UHGV virus genome: UHGV-1352696
DNA length: 52,011 nucleotides
Reading direction: 5' to 3' (one strand)
From: a virus
Each line of letters opens with the position of its first letter. The first letter of the stretch is position 1. A program made the position numbers and the translations under genes. The notes under the pieces were generated by a model that saw nothing but the letters and a program-made list of their open reading frames with translations, was not told the DNA's origin and did not search any database. Shown here in pieces: positions 18,304-27,923 of this stretch.

Positions 18304-19686
18304 TTATGCTATTTTTGTGAACTCTATAAATGGTTCTCCACCATTTCCTGTTCTTTTACCAATACCATTGCCACCTATTTTAAAATCATTTACGTTCCTA
18401 AACTCTATATCATGTTCTATACACCATTCTTTTATATCATTTTCTATCGGATATAACACGTTTCCAACATTGAGCAAACAAACGCCTCCAACTTTCAGCG
18501 ACTTATATATTTTATCAAGCATAACATATAAAAACGACTGTTTCCACTCTGCATAGCTTGCATACCTTTTATAACTTTGTTCACTATCATCAGAGTAATG
18601 TTCTGTATCATAGTACGGTGGAGAAGTAAAACAAAAATCAATACTGTTTTCTTTTATATTCAAATCTTCAAACGGAACATTTTTATATTTAAAATTTTTA
18701 CCAAGTCCCAAGAAGTCTTTAAGTTCCAACAAACCGTTATACGTTTTTTTACTAGGGTCTGTTGCAAGATATTTTATATTCTTAAACATGCATGAAGCAA
18801 GTCCTATCGTTCTTCCACCCCAGCCAGCACAAGGGTCTAGTATAGTATAACCATCTTTGCAATATGTTCTGTAAATGTCTCTTGCAAGATACGGTTGAAA
18901 CTCATTAACGTACTGCACACCACCACAGCCAAGACTAACAAACTTAAAATAATTATGTTTTGTCACAAATTTATTTTGTACTTTAATCATAAACCGAAAC
19001 AACTGTTTTTTATATGTTCCATTTTTATTCAATGCTTGATAAATTGATTGCTCATTCTTCTTTGTTCCTGTAGCCAATCTGTGCGGATTAAACAATAACG
19101 ATATATTATAGCCATCATTATAACCTTGGCACAATCTATTGAATTGGTACATTGCAGTTGGCTTGTCAATTATACTTGAAACAAACTGTTTAAGACTTTT
19201 AAACGGTGTAAAATCATCAAGAGCCTGTTTTATGATTTGTTCATCAGAAAAATATTTTATCGTATCGTCTTTTACTTCAACCTCTATTTCACCATCTTCT
19301 GTTAAATCAACATCTTCATCAAACCCAAACAAATTCATGTCTATATCTTCTTCTAGATTTTCCAGTTCTTCATCAAGTAAACTATAATCCCATTCACTCT
19401 CATTTAGTTTGTTATCTACTAGCCTATATGCTTTTATTTGTTCTTCTGTTAAATCTTCCAAACAAACTGTAGGTACTTGTTTTAACCCGGCTTTCTTTGC
19501 TCCTAATATTCTTCCATGTCCAGCTACTACACTATTATGTTTATCTATTATTACTGGCTGTGTAAAACCAAACTCTTTAATGCTGTTTGCTATTTGTTCT
19601 ACTTGTTCTTTACTGTGTTTCTTTGCGTTCTTCTTATATGGTTTTAGTTCTTTTATTGGTTTATAAACAATGTTTAGTTCTTCCAT
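18304..19686 (-). CDS. ParB-like N-terminal nuclease domain fused to a DNA methyltransferase (N6-adenine/N4-cytosine type)
   Basis: N-terminal ParB-like region (QPVIIDKHNSVVAGHGRILGAKKAG), motif I (ILDPCAGWGGRTIG) and motif IV (DFCFTSPPYYD). 460 aa. Confidence 0.75.
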   Translation of the reverse strand: MEELNIVYKPIKELKPYKKNAKKHSKEQVEQIANSIKEFGFTQPVIIDKHNSVVAGHGRILGAKKAGLKQVPTVCLEDLTEEQIKAYRLVDNKLNESEWDYSLLDEELENLEEDIDMNLFGFDEDVDLTEDGEIEVEVKDDTIKYFSDEQIIKQALDDFTPFKSLKQFVSSIIDKPTAMYQFNRLCQGYNDGYNISLLFNPHRLATGTKKNEQSIYQALNKNGTYKKQLFRFMIKVQNKFVTKHNYFKFVSLGCGGVQYVNEFQPYLARDIYRTYCKDGYTILDPCAGWGGRTIGLASCMFKNIKYLATDPSKKTYNGLLELKDFLGLGKNFKYKNVPFEDLNIKENSIDFCFTSPPYYDTEHYSDDSEQSYKRYASYAEWKQSFLYVMLDKIYKSLKVGGVCLLNVGNVLYPIENDIKEWCIEHDIEFRNVNDFKIGGNGIGKRTGNGGEPFIEFTKIA

Positions 19687-19816
19687 GTTCTCCTATCCTT
19701 TCTTATGTTTTACTATATATATGTTCTATATATCTTTGTTATGCTTACCTTTGTTTTGTTATGCGTTTGTTCTATGTTTTACTATATAGCTTTTTATTAT
19801 GCACATGGTGTTCTGT

Positions 19817-20086
19817 TTAATATAATAGCTTGCCCATGTATTTTACACTTTTAACCTTACAATTTTTTAATGATAGTAACATTATGCTTTTATGTTTTGC
19901 TTCGTGTATGTTTTCTGCATAGCATATTGTTTTATTTGTTTGTTCTGTTTCCTTACCAAAATCATCTAGCTTTGTATATATTACTAAATACTTACTTTGT
20001 TTTTCTTCATCCATTTGCATATTTAGTTTTTCTAGCTCTTCTAGTTCTTCTTTTGCTTTTAAATATGTTTTATTAGCAATACCCAT
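19817..20086 (-). CDS. Hypothetical protein
   Basis: 89-aa ORF. Confidence 0.4.
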   Translation of the reverse strand: MGIANKTYLKAKEELEELEKLNMQMDEEKQSKYLVIYTKLDDFGKETEQTNKTICYAENIHEAKHKSIMLLSLKNCKVKSVKYMGKLLY

Positions 20087-20173
20087 TTAAACCTCCTATC
20101 TGCCTTTTCTAGCTGTTTTATTTATATGTGCCTATACTTTATAGGGTATGTGATTTAAAACGCTTATATAGGC

Positions 20174-20698
20174 TTATTTACCACCATATACTTCATTTCC
20201 CCATTCTTCCTCTTCGCTTTCTTCTTCAAGCCAGTCTGTTCCATTTTCTGCATCCCATATTTCTTCATCATCCTGTTTGTTTGGTTCATACACATCACCC
20301 TGTGTTATTAGGTTGATTGTTACTTCATTCTGTACTTTGCCTGTTTGTTTGAACATATCTAACTTATCCATCATTGAAACAATTTCTTTAATTGCCGCCA
20401 CATCGCCTGTTAAGCCTTTTTTGAATAGTGCTACCATTAATAAGTTTTGGTTTGTTAATTCGCCACTTTTGAAACCCATATGCATTAAAACTTGTTTTTG
20501 TTTTTGTGTTGTTATATCCATTGTTAGTAATGCTTTCATGGCTTGCTGTAATGCCATTTTTTCTTCACGTTTCTTTTTTCTTGCTTCAACACCTAGCTGT
20601 CCAATCCTTTTTCTTTCTTCCGGTGTTCTCTCATTCATTGGAATTAAGTTTTCTACTCCATTACGCAATACTTTTGGAGACTTCTTATTTGTTGCCAT
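20174..20698 (-). CDS. Basic N-terminal / acidic Trp-containing C-terminal protein. Possible DNA-binding or terminase-small-subunit-like protein; unresolved.
   Basis: 174 aa. KR-rich N-terminal helix (ERKRIGQLGVEARKKKREEK). C-terminal tail DDEEIWDAENGTDWLEEESEEEEWG. RBS GGAGTG. Preceded by a leader of about 290 nt from the promoter at 21000-21028. Confidence 0.5.
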   Translation of the reverse strand: MATNKKSPKVLRNGVENLIPMNERTPEERKRIGQLGVEARKKKREEKMALQQAMKALLTMDITTQKQKQVLMHMGFKSGELTNQNLLMVALFKKGLTGDVAAIKEIVSMMDKLDMFKQTGKVQNEVTINLITQGDVYEPNKQDDEEIWDAENGTDWLEEESEEEEWGNEVYGGK

Positions 20699-20999
20699 TT
20701 GTTTCTGTTCACACTCCTTTTACTTTTTGTTCCATAATATCAAATAAGGCAAGGAAGTATGCTTTGTTTCGCTTCTCCCTCACCAATATTTCTTTTATAT
20801 AAAAACAGTGAACATATAAAACTATCGAGTATACGTGGACTTTTTTGTGTATATGAACGAAATTATTTTATAAGTACAAGCATGGCTTTTTATTGTTTTG
20901 TTTTATACATCCACTGTTTTTATCCTTTTATATTTTGGCTAACATTTATGGCTGTTACTTATATGTTTCTATCCTAAAACATTTCCTTAGTTCCATTTT

Positions 21000-21028
21000 A
21001 TTATAGCATGTTACTATCTATTTGTCAA
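21000..21028 (-). promoter_or_regulatory. Sigma-70 consensus promoter (TTGACA-17-TATAAT)
   Basis: Minus-strand read TTGACAAATAGATAGTAACATGCTATAAT. Confidence 0.55.
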
Positions 21029-21231
21029 TGTATTTTATTAAATAAATTATACTTTTTTTTACCTTTGTTTCCTTTGTTTGTTTTGCCTAAAAAGTAAATC
21101 CCTTTCTTTCTTGGCTTTTATTCTTTCCGCTTTCGCCTTTTCATTTGCTTCATAGTATTCTAAATACTTTGCGCACATTTCATGGCAATGTAATATTCTT
21201 TCTTTGCAATCCTTACATGGACTGTGTAACA

Positions 21232-21606
21232 TCATATCAACCCTTTTCTCCTTAAATAGTCTTCTACATCACATAAATATAATATTGCTTCCTGTGTATC
21301 CTGTTCCTTTATACTTACTATTCCATCTGTGTCTTTTACTGTGTATCTATATTCTGATAACGGGAATCCCTCTTTTGTTTCATTCTTTAGCTTTCGCTTT
21401 ACTTTTGTTATAAAATTTAATATGAATACTACAACCAATGTTATCACAATGCTTTCTAATGCCCCTATATGGCTTTTTATCAGCACATATGGAAGTAATA
21501 TATAAATAATACATACAAGTTCTTCAAAATGCCCTACAAGCCAATTACGAGCCTGTACAATAGTTTCCTTTGTAGAGCTTGCTACTGCCTCAAATAGTTT
21601 ACTCAT
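21232..21606 (-). CDS. Small membrane protein
   Basis: Two hydrophobic segments (CIIYILLPYVLI, IVITLVVVFILNFI). Confidence 0.45.
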   Translation of the reverse strand: MSKLFEAVASSTKETIVQARNWLVGHFEELVCIIYILLPYVLIKSHIGALESIVITLVVVFILNFITKVKRKLKNETKEGFPLSEYRYTVKDTDGIVSIKEQDTQEAILYLCDVEDYLRRKGLI

Positions 21607-21968
21607 AATACCTTGCCTTTCAATCCCATTTTTAATGTTTCTAATTTTGTTTCAAGCCTTTTTCTATATGGTGGAGTTTTGCATACTTCACATCTGTATT
21701 TATTTTCTTTGTTAAAAAACGCACCGGCAAACTCTTTACATATTTCACAGTTATGTTCAAACACTTCTTTTTCATCTGCCATAACATATACTTCTAATTC
21801 TACACAACCAATTCCACTACTTTCATTTTTCTTTATATTGTAGCTTATGTTTTTTGAATTATTCTTTGCTACAATGTTTGTTGATATCCATTTACAACAT
21901 TCAAGGTATGCCTGTTTCATTGTTTTAGCTTTGAACTCTTTACTTATAATCTTTTCTGCTATTAACAT
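21603..21968 (-). CDS. Hypothetical Cys-containing protein
   Basis: 121-aa ORF: CEICKEF...CEVCK. Confidence 0.4.
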   Translation of the reverse strand: MLIAEKIISKEFKAKTMKQAYLECCKWISTNIVAKNNSKNISYNIKKNESSGIGCVELEVYVMADEKEVFEHNCEICKEFAGAFFNKENKYRCEVCKTPPYRKRLETKLETLKMGLKGKVL

Positions 21969-21972
21969 GGCT

Positions 21973-22440
21973 TTAATCCTCCGATAACTCTTGCTTTGCT
22001 TCTACTGCACTTCTATCTGCAAGCTCATTTAGTGGGTCTCCATTATGTCCTTTTATGTGTACCATGTTTATCACCATTTTCTTTTCATACACTAACTTGA
22101 ACATCTTTTCCCATATGTGTTTATTTTTCACTGGCTTATCCTCTTTTGTTTTCCATCCATTTTTATACCAGTTTAAAAGCCACCCTTTTGTTATAGCATT
22201 CACAACATACGCACTATCACAATATACTGTCACCTTTTTTGCTTTACTCTTAAAGGCTTTTACTAATGCCATATATACCCCTGTTAATTCCATTTCATTG
22301 TTTGTTGTGTTTCGTTTGTTCCCTTTTGTTACACTTGTTTTGAATCCGCTGTCACATTTTACAAGTTCAACATAGCTCCATCCACCTATACCGGGGTTTC
22401 CACTACAAGCACCATCTGTATAAAATATCAATTCTTTCAT
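21973..22440 (-). CDS. rnhA: Ribonuclease H (RNase HI)
   Basis: IFYTDGACSGNPGIGGWSY...EMELTGVYMAL...VYCDSAYVVNAI...HIKGHNGDPLNELADRSA matches the RNase HI catalytic D-E-D-D layout. Confidence 0.85.
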   Translation of the reverse strand: MKELIFYTDGACSGNPGIGGWSYVELVKCDSGFKTSVTKGNKRNTTNNEMELTGVYMALVKAFKSKAKKVTVYCDSAYVVNAITKGWLLNWYKNGWKTKEDKPVKNKHIWEKMFKLVYEKKMVINMVHIKGHNGDPLNELADRSAVEAKQELSED

Positions 22441-22874
22441 TCATTTGTTCCTTTCTTTGCATCTGCTTTAATGTCTGCATATAATTTCACAATAATCTTT
22501 GCAACTAACTCCCACAATGTTTTACCATACACTGTTCCAATCCAATCATGTTTTTCTCTTACTTTTATGCAACAGCATGAATAGAATACAAACTTTCTTG
22601 TTTCATTAAGCTGTTCATAATATGGCATAAAGCTCTGTGTTCTGTAGTTATATCTTATACAAATTCCTTGCATTGCTTTTTCTAATATTTCAAGTGGTGC
22701 AATCTCTGTTTTTGTATAGTTTTGTTTTTCAAGCATCTTTGCAACTGGTTTTACTTTCCAAAGAAAATTGTTTAACGTTTTTATGTTCTCCTGTTTTGTG
22801 CAATCTAAGTTTAAAATCTCTTCTGTTTTCATTGTTTTATTCCTCTTAATTAAAAAAGGCAAGAAATAGAACAC
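22437..22874 (-). CDS. Hypothetical protein
   Basis: The ORF probably starts at the internal MKTEEIL. Confidence 0.4.
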   Translation of the reverse strand: MFYFLPFLIKRNKTMKTEEILNLDCTKQENIKTLNNFLWKVKPVAKMLEKQNYTKTEIAPLEILEKAMQGICIRYNYRTQSFMPYYEQLNETRKFVFYSCCCIKVREKHDWIGTVYGKTLWELVAKIIVKLYADIKADAKKGTNE

Positions 22875-22934
22875 TTCCTACCTCCTGCCTTTTATCAACA
22901 TCTATGCAACGTTTGTTTTATTTATTTGTTTGTT

Positions 22935-23627
22935 TTAGATTTCCCAGTCATCATCTTCATCATCCTCTGCTTCTTCTGCTTCGGACTCTACATCAGCGGC
23001 TTTCAAAAGTTTAACATATGCATCTGCTTTCATCTTTGTTTTTGCTTTGATGCCACGTTCTTTACACATTTTGAAAAGCTCCATTGCTGTTTTACCCTCA
23101 TACGGGTCTTTCTCTTCATCATCCTCTGTATCCCAATCATCATCTTCATCAACTGGCTCTTCTTCTTTCTTAGCCTGTTTCTTAGATGTTGCTTTAGCTT
23201 TCTTTGTTTCTTTCTTAGGCTCTTCCTCGTCAAGTTCACCTCTGTCAAACTTTTCAAGAAGTTCAATCAGTGCATCTTTCTTTCTTGATTTACACTTAGA
23301 AGAGATTCCTCTTGCACAACACAACTTGTAAAGGTTTGCACCTGTCATATCAGTGTAGTCAAGTTCATCGTCCTCTACTTCTGTTTCAGCTTCTTTTGTT
23401 TCCTCTTCTACTTCTGTTTCAACTTCCACACCATCTTTAAGTCCTGTCTCAAGAACTCTTGCTGTTACCTTTGGAAGTGCTTTAAGAATTACAAGAATCT
23501 TATCTCCCGCAACTGCTACCTCTCTTGTAAGCATTGGATAACGTGAACCAATCTCACAGATGTTTTCTTTGTTCTTTCCCTCAATAATTTCTTTTGCCGC
23601 TTCATAGGCTGTCCAATTCTTTGCCAT
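22935..23627 (-). CDS. Highly acidic protein with two Rho_N/SAP-like modules and DDDWD/DDDWEI tails
   Basis: ANLYKLCCARGISSKCKSRKKDALIELLEKFD and AMELFKMCKERGIKAKTKMKADAYVKLLKAAD. Poly-D/E stretches with Trp. Confidence 0.55.
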   Translation of the reverse strand: MAKNWTAYEAAKEIIEGKNKENICEIGSRYPMLTREVAVAGDKILVILKALPKVTARVLETGLKDGVEVETEVEEETKEAETEVEDDELDYTDMTGANLYKLCCARGISSKCKSRKKDALIELLEKFDRGELDEEEPKKETKKAKATSKKQAKKEEEPVDEDDDWDTEDDEEKDPYEGKTAMELFKMCKERGIKAKTKMKADAYVKLLKAADVESEAEEAEDDEDDDWEI

Positions 23628-23688
23628 CTTTCATTCTCCTTTTTTCTCTTTGATTTTGTCTTGTTTGATTTGCTTTGTTTACTCTTAA

Positions 23689-23717
23689 ATATTAACATAC
23701 TGTTTATGTTTTGTCAA
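23689..23717 (-). promoter_or_regulatory. Sigma-70-like promoter (TTGACA-17-TAATAT)
   Basis: Minus-strand read TTGACAAAACATAAACAGTATGTTAATAT. Confidence 0.5.
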
Positions 23718-23733
23718 CAGTTATTTAAACTTT

Positions 23734-24030
23734 TTATTTGCTTTCTTCTTCGGACTGTGTTCTAACATCAATGAAAGGGTCTACAAGTCCAACAGCTTCA
23801 CACGCTTCAAGAACACAATCTGCTAAAGCAATTAGACCATCTTCATCAAGGATTCCTAAACTGCCTTTAAGAAATACCTTTGTTTCTTTTCCATCTTCTT
23901 CTGTTACAAGCTGTTCTGCAACACTATAACCTACTTTGTTTGTTTCACTATTGTATGCTTCTGAAATCACAACATTTCTTCTGTCCTTAAAACGCTTTGA
24001 GGAAAGTTCTCTGAACGTTAGTCTTCCCAT
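23734..24030 (-). CDS. Hypothetical protein
   Basis: 98-aa ORF. Confidence 0.4.
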   Translation of the reverse strand: MGRLTFRELSSKRFKDRRNVVISEAYNSETNKVGYSVAEQLVTEEDGKETKVFLKGSLGILDEDGLIALADCVLEACEAVGLVDPFIDVRTQSEEESK

Positions 24031-24404
24031 TCTTCTCCACCTCCCTCTTCTCCATTATCTGGAAGTTCTAATACTGCCATAAATTTAAGCATAATATATT
24101 CTTCATCAACCAATGAACAAATGTTATCTAAATTTACATTTTCCACAAGTGACTTAAATGGTATTGTTGCATTTCCATCTTTGTCAAAGTTAATTGCTCC
24201 AATAGTAAACATACCTAAATTTACTGCTCTACTTGTAGCTCCTTTTGCATGTAAAGTAATGTCATTGTTTAATCCCTGTAATAACTCTACACTTGTTAAG
24301 ATTTCATCATATCGGAGTTTAAACTTAACTTGTACTGTTTTGTTTTTTCCAATAGTTAAACCCTCAAAAGTTGCTATCCCTTTTTGTTGTAACTTTCTTT
24401 CCAC
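24018..24404 (-). CDS. Hypothetical protein with an acidic Trp-containing C-terminus (GEEGGGEEWED)
   Basis: 128 aa. Confidence 0.4.
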   Translation of the reverse strand: MERKLQQKGIATFEGLTIGKNKTVQVKFKLRYDEILTSVELLQGLNNDITLHAKGATSRAVNLGMFTIGAINFDKDGNATIPFKSLVENVNLDNICSLVDEEYIMLKFMAVLELPDNGEEGGGEEWED

Positions 24405-25063
24405 TGTTTTGTTTTTCTCCTTTCTGTTCTAAACTTCTGTTCTTGTTTTCTTCTTTCTTGTTCTTTTTGTTTGAAATAGTTATTTCTAGCATTTATGTTA
24501 TGTTTTACTTTATTAACATCTATAACATCAATACTTTGTTTTATATTACTATTTCTCTGTGTTGAGTTAGAATCTAAGCTGTTTAACTTATCTGTGTTGT
24601 GCATGAAGCTAACAGCTTCAGAACCCCCTCTTTCTTTCTCCCCCTTATAATACTCTTCTTCACTTTGGTTGTCAATACCCTTTTTGCAGATTTTATATTT
24701 TTTTAAGAATTCTTCATCTTCTTCTGCAAGCTTATTTATTACATCACGCTCTATAAGCTCCCTATATGCCTGTATATCCTCTTCTTTTATTGCGACCCAT
24801 ACTTCATCCCTGTTAATGAACTGAAAGGCAAATAGGGGTATTTTATGCGCTTCTAATGCATGGTGTTCTAATACATGTAATACACTTTGCTTAATACTGA
24901 AACTTTCATGGTCTGTGCTTTTAAGCTCACAAAGGAAATTCTCGCTCTCTCCATCACATTTTTCTATCCATCCAGCACCACTGTTTCTTGTAGGTTTTAA
25001 ACCTAGCCTGTGCATTACTTCCGCTTCATTCTTTCTATACCACTTTGTACTACGTTTATTCAT
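24374..25063 (-). CDS. PD-(D/E)xK nuclease, Hjc/RecU-like Holliday-junction-resolvase fold, with a long K/R/E-rich tail
   Basis: Motif E..V...LGLKPTRNSGAGWIEKCDGE...FLCELKST resembles the Hjc-like resolvase signature (G...R.SG...D......E.K). Confidence 0.5.
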   Translation of the reverse strand: MNKRSTKWYRKNEAEVMHRLGLKPTRNSGAGWIEKCDGESENFLCELKSTDHESFSIKQSVLHVLEHHALEAHKIPLFAFQFINRDEVWVAIKEEDIQAYRELIERDVINKLAEEDEEFLKKYKICKKGIDNQSEEEYYKGEKERGGSEAVSFMHNTDKLNSLDSNSTQRNSNIKQSIDVIDVNKVKHNINARNNYFKQKEQERRKQEQKFRTERRKTKQWKESYNKKG

Positions 25064-25579
25064 TTGTTTTATCCTTTTCCCAACTTGCTACTACTTCCAA
25101 AACATCTACAATTTCCTGTGCTGTTATGATATCAATACCAACATGCTTTGTTCCACAATTTCTACACTTTTCAATTTTTTCTTTTACTTTATTTGCAAAC
25201 TCCTGTACATCATATTCTTTTTCAATCTTCATCTGTTTCTCCATCCTGTTCTTTTAGTTTTTGTTTTGTTAATGCTTCAAGGTACTTGATATATCCTAAT
25301 CCAAGTCTACGTGTGCTTTTACTTCTGTAATTCTTTCTTGCCTCATGTAATTCCTGTGTCCCAAACAAGTCACGGAACTTAGTTTCTGTTTGTACTATAA
25401 CATAACTGCAATTATCTTTTCCATTTAACATTTAATCTTTATACCTCCATTCTAAAAAATATAATCTTCTTAAAATAGCATTTCTAAGATTTATACGTGC
25501 AACTTTATTGAGCTTTTTAATACATTTCGCCATGTATTTTCTTAAATCATTTATTTCTGCTTCTGTGATATTATATTCT

Positions 25580-26119
25580 TCATACTTCATTTTCTTCATT
25601 TCCCCATTCTAAGTGTGCTACTATATACATCTTCTTTATAATATCTTTTCTAAGACTTGTATATGCCTCTAGGCTGAACTTTTCTTTTCCATCAATACAT
25701 TTTGCTATACGACTAATTAAATAGTCTATTTTATCTGATATGGTATAATAATCACCACACTGAGAACTGCTATTTCTCCATTTTCCTATAGGACAACAAA
25801 GACAAACACACTTAAACGCACTTGCCATTCCAAACTCAACTTGTATTTTATGTTCTACATGCGAAATATAGCAAGCGGCACAATCATTACTCATTAATAA
25901 ATTGTTCTTCTCCTGTTCTGTTATCTTTCCACTAACAAATAGATTAAATAATGCTGCTGTTTTTAATTTTACAATACTTAATGTTTTTATTTGTTCTCGG
26001 TTTACTCTATAATATTCAATGTCTCTAATTTCTCTTGTCCTAGCCGCAAATACTTTTATTATTTCTTCCCAAAGCATTATATGTATTTCATTGTACCTTT
26101 TTAATATGTTTTGTTCCAT
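25580..26119 (-). CDS. Cys-rich hypothetical protein
   Basis: 179 aa: NDCAACYISHVEH...CVCLCCPIGKWRNSSSQCGDYY. Confidence 0.45.
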   Translation of the reverse strand: MEQNILKRYNEIHIMLWEEIIKVFAARTREIRDIEYYRVNREQIKTLSIVKLKTAALFNLFVSGKITEQEKNNLLMSNDCAACYISHVEHKIQVEFGMASAFKCVCLCCPIGKWRNSSSQCGDYYTISDKIDYLISRIAKCIDGKEKFSLEAYTSLRKDIIKKMYIVAHLEWGNEENEV

Positions 26120-26134
26120 GTTTGTTTTACCTAC

Positions 26135-26374
26135 CTATTGTACTTTTGTTATTTCTCCTACACATTCACTAACATATTTACAACCTAAACAACTAAAGAA
26201 CTGGCATTCTCTACCACAGTCTTTATGTTTACGTGCTAAACAATTACCATTCCTACATTCCCATTTCAAACAAGGAAGATTATTATGCCTTTTTAATAAA
26301 ATATTTATTGCGCCTTTTATTCTTTCCTGTTCTATGCCTTTCTGTGATTGTTGTTTATTTACCATTTGTTTCAC
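26135..26374 (-). CDS. Small Cys-rich protein, paralog of 30376..30600
   Basis: LPCLKWECRNGNCLARKHKDCGRECQFFSCLGCKYVSEC aligned against RPCIEWQCGEALVKRCDKEPCKWCCYYNCSCCIHMDEC. Confidence 0.5.
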   Translation of the reverse strand: MKQMVNKQQSQKGIEQERIKGAINILLKRHNNLPCLKWECRNGNCLARKHKDCGRECQFFSCLGCKYVSECVGEITKVQ

Positions 26375-26377
26375 TTC

Positions 26378-27049
26378 CTACTTCTTCCATATACCATCAT
26401 TTACTGTCCAGTGCCTTATTTCTCCATCCCACCATTTTGTTATGCATTTCTTTTTATTTCCTGTTGTGATATATGCATTGTCTTTTAACATTTGTTCTAA
26501 ATCAAAATCAAACAAGAAATGCTCTACCGGATTTTTTTGAGCCACATATCCTCTAATTGCACATACTCTTTGCAATGAATATTCTCTTGTCATTATTTTT
26601 TCATACTCTTCATGGGTCAGCTCATTCAATTCTCCACTATACCAAATTAAAATCCCATGAGCATTTACTCTTGGCTTCTTTACTTTACTTTGTCTCCTTT
26701 TATTCTCTCTTCTTTTTAGCTGCTCTTTTGTTAGTTCATAATCTCTTTTCAATGTTGAACAATTTCCTCTCACACGTCCAATTCTTTGAAACGTATTACG
26801 ATTTTTATCATCATACTCCTTCTTTTTCTTTCGAACAACTTCTATATTGGCTTTATAATACGCTCTACTACGTGCTTTCTGTTTTTCACTATTGTTATAA
26901 TAATATTTTGTTTGGCTAATTTTACTGCACTCTCTGCACTGGTCAGAAACACCGTCACTTCTTGTTCTATTTTTATTAAACATTTCTATAGGCAATTCCC
27001 TTTTACATTTAGAACATACCTTTGTTCCTTTTTCAAAATCTGCTTTCAT
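26378..27049 (-). CDS. Zinc-ribbon (CxxC...CxxC) basic protein, possible nuclease or DNA-binding protein
   Basis: N-terminal CSKCKRELPIEMFNKN...SDQCRECSK, a motif common at the N-terminus of phage homing-endonuclease-like proteins. Confidence 0.4.
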   Translation of the reverse strand: MKADFEKGTKVCSKCKRELPIEMFNKNRTRSDGVSDQCRECSKISQTKYYYNNSEKQKARSRAYYKANIEVVRKKKKEYDDKNRNTFQRIGRVRGNCSTLKRDYELTKEQLKRRENKRRQSKVKKPRVNAHGILIWYSGELNELTHEEYEKIMTREYSLQRVCAIRGYVAQKNPVEHFLFDFDLEQMLKDNAYITTGNKKKCITKWWDGEIRHWTVNDGIWKK

Positions 27050-27058
27050 TTTGTTTTC

Positions 27059-27373
27059 CTATTCACCTTTTATAATTTGTTTTGCTAGTTTACCAATGAA
27101 CTGTTTGTCCATTCCATTCAGCCGACTAAACAAATCAAATCCTGTTGTCCCATCAAAATCATAGAAAACATATCCATACTGTGTATTTATTCTAATTGTT
27201 TTCTGTGAATATTCTTTTTGTTCTCTCACTAACTGTTGCGCCACTTCATCAAACTTTTTATCACTCCATTTAGGACTATCCTCTTCATAGTACAAATAAC
27301 TATGTATTAAAACAACTCTTTGGAGGAAATCTATTTTTAATTTATCTGTCCAATATACTGGGAAAATATACAT
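27059..27373 (-). CDS. Hypothetical protein
   Basis: 104-aa ORF. Weak resemblance to the LigA Ia motif (HSYLYYEEDSPKWSDKKFDEV). Confidence 0.35.
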   Translation of the reverse strand: MYIFPVYWTDKLKIDFLQRVVLIHSYLYYEEDSPKWSDKKFDEVAQQLVREQKEYSQKTIRINTQYGYVFYDFDGTTGFDLFSRLNGMDKQFIGKLAKQIIKGE

Positions 27374-27586
27374 TTATTCCACCTCTATCACATACATTTT
27401 TTTATCTAAATCAAACGATATACCTTTTATAAATTTTACTTTTATACCGTCCAATACACTTAACGACATATCAATAGCTTTTACTCTTTTGCCTGTTGAA
27501 AATTCAACTAACACTTGGTCATAATTTCCATACATAAAACCAGCTATAAATTGTGTTAATGTATCTATTTCAATTTCTTTACACAT
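27374..27586 (-). CDS. Hypothetical protein
   Basis: 70-aa ORF. Confidence 0.35.
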   Translation of the reverse strand: MCKEIEIDTLTQFIAGFMYGNYDQVLVEFSTGKRVKAIDMSLSVLDGIKVKFIKGISFDLDKKMYVIEVE

Positions 27587-27590
27587 TACT

Positions 27591-27803
27591 CTATACCCTC
27601 CTGTTCCACTCTTCTATTACTTGTTCAACAGAATTTGTAGCTATTAATTCTTGTGACACTCCTTTTTGATAAATCTTATCTACTTTTGAAGAAGTTCTAA
27701 CTCCACATGATAAACATATAACATGTACACCATTTTCTACAAATAAAACTGCTTTACCTCCACAAAACGGACAAGGCTTTAATACTGAATTAATACTTTC
27801 CAT
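27591..27803 (-). CDS. Zinc-ribbon protein
   Basis: CPFCGGK...CLSCGV. Confidence 0.45.
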   Translation of the reverse strand: MESINSVLKPCPFCGGKAVLFVENGVHVICLSCGVRTSSKVDKIYQKGVSQELIATNSVEQVIEEWNRRV

Positions 27804-27894
27804 TTGTTATACCTCCTTTGTTATTATATTTTCTTCTAATCTGTTTTAATCTCCCTATTTGTTTTATATCACTGTTATCTTGTTTACAAATAAT

Positions 27895-27923
27895 ACTATA
27901 ATACATTTGTTATTATATGTCAA
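27895..27923 (-). promoter_or_regulatory. Sigma-70 promoter (TTGACA-17-TATAGT). A direct repeat of CAATAACTATTTTA lies upstream.
   Basis: Minus-strand read TTGACATATAATAACAAATGTATTATAGT. Repeat copies at 27921-27934 and 27948-27961. Confidence 0.55.

Noticed and set aside
20174-20698. Calling this ORF the terminase small subunit
   Set aside because: The basic N-terminus and acidic C-terminus are compatible with terminase small subunits. But it is 3.4 kb and an operon away from terL, and I could not match a specific small-terminase family motif from memory. Left as unresolved, as is the 101-aa ORF directly upstream of terL.
27059-27373. Similarity of the 104-aa ORF to the NAD-ligase LigA Ia domain (HSYLYYEEDSPKWSDKKFDEV)
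   Set aside because: Pattern resemblance only (hydrophobic-YY..D.P..SD..FD). Too short and unsupported to call.
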